From Laetmonice hystrix (lineage: Eukaryota): DNA of 64,000 nucleotides. Of this stretch, positions 59,955 through 64,000 are shown in pieces (positions within the stretch are counted from its first letter, which is position 1; every line of letters starts with the position of its first letter). The translations under genes were made by a program, and so were the position numbers. Under the pieces are notes generated by a model, which was not told the DNA's origin, ran no database searches, and saw only the letters and a program-made list of their open reading frames with translations. Location: NCBI GenBank assembly GCA_965235115.1, contig OZ249436.1, forward strand, positions 26,352,001 through 26,416,000, in the 5' to 3' direction.

Positions 59955-61050
59955 ACTCACTGGACAAAAGTGTTGCAACAAGCCCTCTTTAAGTTCTCGG
60001 TAATATTAGAGGTGCACGTTCAACTGTGTTCCGTCAATTTCACATTTATTAGATGTTGAGGTTTATTGTATACGTAGTATGGAAAGCTTTGTCAGACTAG
60101 TGCAGAAGGACGTTCGCTTTGGTGTCACCATGCCAAAAGTACAAGATCTGACAAATGCAGAACGGGGAAAAATCGTCTGCCTCAGAGAGGAACATGTTTC
60201 GGTCCAAAGTATTGCCAGACGGTTTCACTGCTGCCGCAAAACAGTACCGGATAGATGGGCGAGGTACCAAGATTAAACTGCAGAGAAGAGAAAGTTTTCC
60301 AGAAGTGGTCGGCCGAGAAAAAACAGCGGGAGACGATCGACGTCTTCTCAGGACAATGCACGGAAAGATGGTCGCCATAGTTGGTTACCCCATTCTCCCA
60401 CTCGGCGGGGAAAACACTCTCACAGATTACATATCTCTCACGGCCCGATTAGGAGCATCCGCGCCACCTCACTCGTCACAATCGTTAGATTATTACACCG
60501 TGGATACAAAGTAGTGCGTGCCCGTTGGCAAGATGGCTGATGTTGTTGAACAGGTCTTGAATTAACTTACGCTGGTTGACTGTCTTGAGCTTAACCGCCG
60601 CCAGTTTGACTCGTGTCACGCGGGAAGCCATGTCTTCCATGTGCTACGGTGAAAGTAGTTCGCCCCGGTGTCCTCGTTACCCCCGGCAGCTTGCCCAGAG
60701 TCCCGTGCAGGATCTGTGAGCGTTCATTTCAGCAAATGGGCGCGAATATGAGCGTGTTGGTTACTATACAAAATACTAAATGACTTGAGTCTCATGAAAA
60801 ATACAAACTTTTTTAACATCGAGTGTAAGTGCTGGATAAAAGTCAAAACTGACAACAACAAAAAAAGACTGTTAAGATGTTATTTCAAACTGAACGTTGT
60901 ATAATTTACTGTCATCACGAATACTTGTGATAGTATATGAGTCCGAAATGGTGAAAAATGCAAATTAAACCTGTGCTATTTCATCAAAATTAGTCTAGAC
61001 TCTAAGCACTTCATAAAATTTGTGCAAGGGGTACTAAAGTGTTGTGCAGA
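59955..61050 (+). mobile_element. Decayed Tc1 element (N-terminal HTH of transposase), interrupted at 60391-60756
   Basis: From ATG 60130: MPKVQDLTNAERGKIVCLREEHVSVQSIARRFHCCRKTV..., then RSGRPRK and DRRLLR after a stop and frameshift. Ends approximate. Confidence 0.75.
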
Positions 61051-62059
61051 AGCAGCCCTGAGGGGTTGTATCATGTAACCATATATGTAAATTTAAGAGT
61101 TGTTTAGCAGTGACAAATTGCAATTCCACCTATTCCGTAATGGTATTTCAGAATACGGGCCACTAAAGAGGCACTCCTGTTTAAACAATAAAATCAAGTT
61201 CAGGCTACATCATCGTCGTCACAATTTTTGTGGGCAACCTCGCTTTAGACCCACCTGCTGCTCGTCGAGCAGCAATATGCATGCAGGAGACGAGATGGCA
61301 GTATAAGTCGAGTGCGCACCGAATCGACCACCCACGTCACAACCCGTTACGTTTGACGCCCGACTTCGGTTTCTCCCCTAAGCAGATTTCTTTTCACGTT
61401 CGATTTGGGGGAACGATTGTGAATGTGAAGTTTCGTCTTGCGTAGCGACCAATCTTGAAATACGATTATGGCGCACACGTCGGGGTGTCTGCGCGGACCC
61501 GTGCTTCGGATGCTTTCACGATTTCTCCAGCATTGTTTGCGGCTACTGTAAGTGTTGACCTGAACTAGGGCCCATAAATGTTACGTCAGAATTTAGATAG
61601 CCCATAATCACTTATGTCAAATAGAAGTAACCGACGTAACTGACGCAAGCGGCTTTTTTCTACGCAGGTGGAGCCTGCCTGCGTAACTTCCTAAAATAAG
61701 AATTAATATACGAAACTTTGAATTAATGTAGTTTATAATGTTACATCAACATATATGAAGTTTCATGGTGGCACGAGGAACATACTCTATGATTGTGGTC
61801 CCATTAAAGTTTTAATAAAAATTGATGTTTCGTTGAAATAAAGGCCCACATCACGCCAAAGAAAAGTCTATACCGCCGGCTCTCCACTTGGACGGAGGCG
61901 GACCTACGTCAAATCGGTAAGAAGTAGCATTCTACTTCTTACGTCAATGCTACGTCAATTTGTAGGCAAAAATTTATAGGCCCCGACCCAGGTTAGGGTT
62001 GTCCAAATAGGACAGTGTTTACATACTCTAACACACATTACTCAGTCAGAATTGTTTCT

Positions 62060-62878
62060 ATACTCACAATTGGCGCACGATCAATTGCGACCGAAATGGC
62101 CAAACCGGTCGTGCGATCGTCCGACAAATTTTTGAATCGCAACTGAATCGCAGTAGCTTTCACAAATGCGATCGTGTTCGTGCGTCCACATGCGACTGTT
62201 GCACGACCCAGTCGCATACGCTCGTGCGATCGATCGTGCGTCCACATGCGAGTGTTGCACGATCCATTGTGAACGAGCTGACGTCACTCGTGCAACCAGT
62301 GCGACCGATCGCATGCTCGTGCGACTGGTCGTGCGAGCATGCGATCGCTCGCACGTTTAGGGGAGACCTGTTGCACGAGCATGCGATCGCTCAGGCCGCC
62401 ATGACGACGACTTCTCCTTTCAATGCATGCATGTATACACTCGCGCAATGGTGGCACAACGTTGCACGATGAGGTGCGACTTGTCGCACAACAGTCTCAT
62501 GGTCGCAGGACACATTTTCCAGGACGCACGACTGATCGCCAGTGGTCGCTAGCACTCGTACGACTGTTGCACGACCTCCGGCCGATCATGTGCGAGCTTT
62601 CAGTCGCACACGGTCGTGCGATCGATCGCACGACCGTCTGCAACGGTCGTGCGACGGTCGTGCAACGGTCGTGCAACAGACTGCGATAATTTTGGTCGCA
62701 CCAAGTCGCCTCTGAATTTTTGACATGTCAAAAACCCAGCCGCGACCGGTTGCGAGCGCTTGCGACCCTGCAACGGGGGCGATCACTCGCACGACACCAT
62801 GCGAGTGGTCGTGCAACGGAAGCGATTTTCCGTTGCAGGTGGTCGGGAACTGGTCGTGCAACAATTGTGAAAGGGGCT
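62060..62878. mobile_element. Harbinger-like MITE rich in TCGTGCGA motifs
   Basis: TCACAATTG..GCACGA / TCGTGC..CAATTGTGAAAGGGGCT inverted ends; left end eroded. Confidence 0.65.
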
Positions 62879-64000
62879 TTAACTACTTGACCAATGGTGA
62901 GTTTAATAAAGTAGGGGCCTATAGAAACACAAAATAACGGTGTTCAGAAGGCGATGACTAGTATTGTAAGGTTGATCTTAACAATACCGTAATAAAAATA
63001 AAGTTAATGAAAATAAGCAATTCTCTTGTAAGAGCAGTGAAATATAGTGGATAACGGCACACCACCACATGCTTTTATTCGCTCACCAGTGCGAATTATT
63101 TTATAATAAAAAAATGAATTGGCTTTTTGTAATTCGTTTCCGTTCTTGCTAACCCCATGCAATTGATCGTCTGTCGTACAATTGTGACCGGTATTGAACT
63201 AATTATATGGTAAGTAGCGCTGGCGCCTATATAGGGGGCCTACGTAGTCCATGCATGCAGCCAGTCACAATGTCTGAGAGAGACGTACGGTAATAAAGTC
63301 AAGGACCAGTACGAACTATACAGAATAAAGGACGTAGGTCGTCACGGATTTCATCCGGGGGTTGGTAGTTGTGAACGTGAAGGATGACCAATGAAAACTG
63401 TTAAGTTAATATCAAGTATATCAAAGGAAGGTTTTGAAGCAAGATGTTATATATACAGTGACCGGGATAGGGGCATCCAATGCCACTTTTCAGAAATCCC
63501 CGATTCATATTGCGTACATAAAATAGTAGGCCCTACTGTAGCCAGCCCCTTGTGAAGCCTCTTTGAATGAGTCCCAACTCTCTGCCCCAGTTTCCAAGCC
63601 TGCATGGTACCCCGTATAGCCAAACACACACAGGAAGTGGCTCAATCACGTTTGAGATTTATTTGACCATTTTCGAAAGGTCCAGTTGTTAAGTCTTGTA
63701 GAACTAATTTCACGACATAGTTTACAGAATAAAACCACCCAAAAGTAGAACTAAAGTCGCGTAGACCCAACATTCCTCGTCTCTGGTCGTCTGCATCTAA
63801 TCTTCTTCTTTGAAAAAAAGATATGGCGATGAAAACTCTGAATGATTAGAATCTCAAACCTTCAAGTCATGGTCTTTATGTGTTCCACAGGATCAGAGTG
63901 CATAGCTATAAATATAACGCAGGGAGATACGCAGTATGTAAAGTTGGGTCTGGTTTGGTCAAGCTTGAAGGCACCTACGCTTGACACCATTGGAAGGCTA

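Overview
Repeat-rich eukaryotic DNA, not prokaryotic. It is probably from a marine invertebrate; a Nin-type SINE suggests a lophotrochozoan. Two spliced host genes sit head-to-head, with only 126 nt between their start codons. On + is a complete 11-exon CDK7 (22223..56952, 344 aa). On - are the first six coding exons of a glucose-6-phosphate 1-epimerase-like gene (22096..14083), whose remaining exons are not found in the window and presumably lie to its left. The large introns are packed with mobile DNA. These include a Ty3/Gypsy LTR element with a clear -1 frameshift signal and a 17-aa tandem repeat inside Pol, a decayed CR1/L2-group LINE, Academ, Tc1 and Kolobok remnants, and Helentron-like HINEs. 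There are also many MITEs nested up to four deep. The most novel candidates are all unproven. They are an antisense spliced unit with a chain of stop-start coupled small ORFs in the last CDK7 intron, a possible alternative CDK7 C-terminus ending in DCCV, and a TATA-driven nested exon set with faint FGF-like motifs in the epimerase intron. All coordinates and translations were read by eye; no database searches were run.
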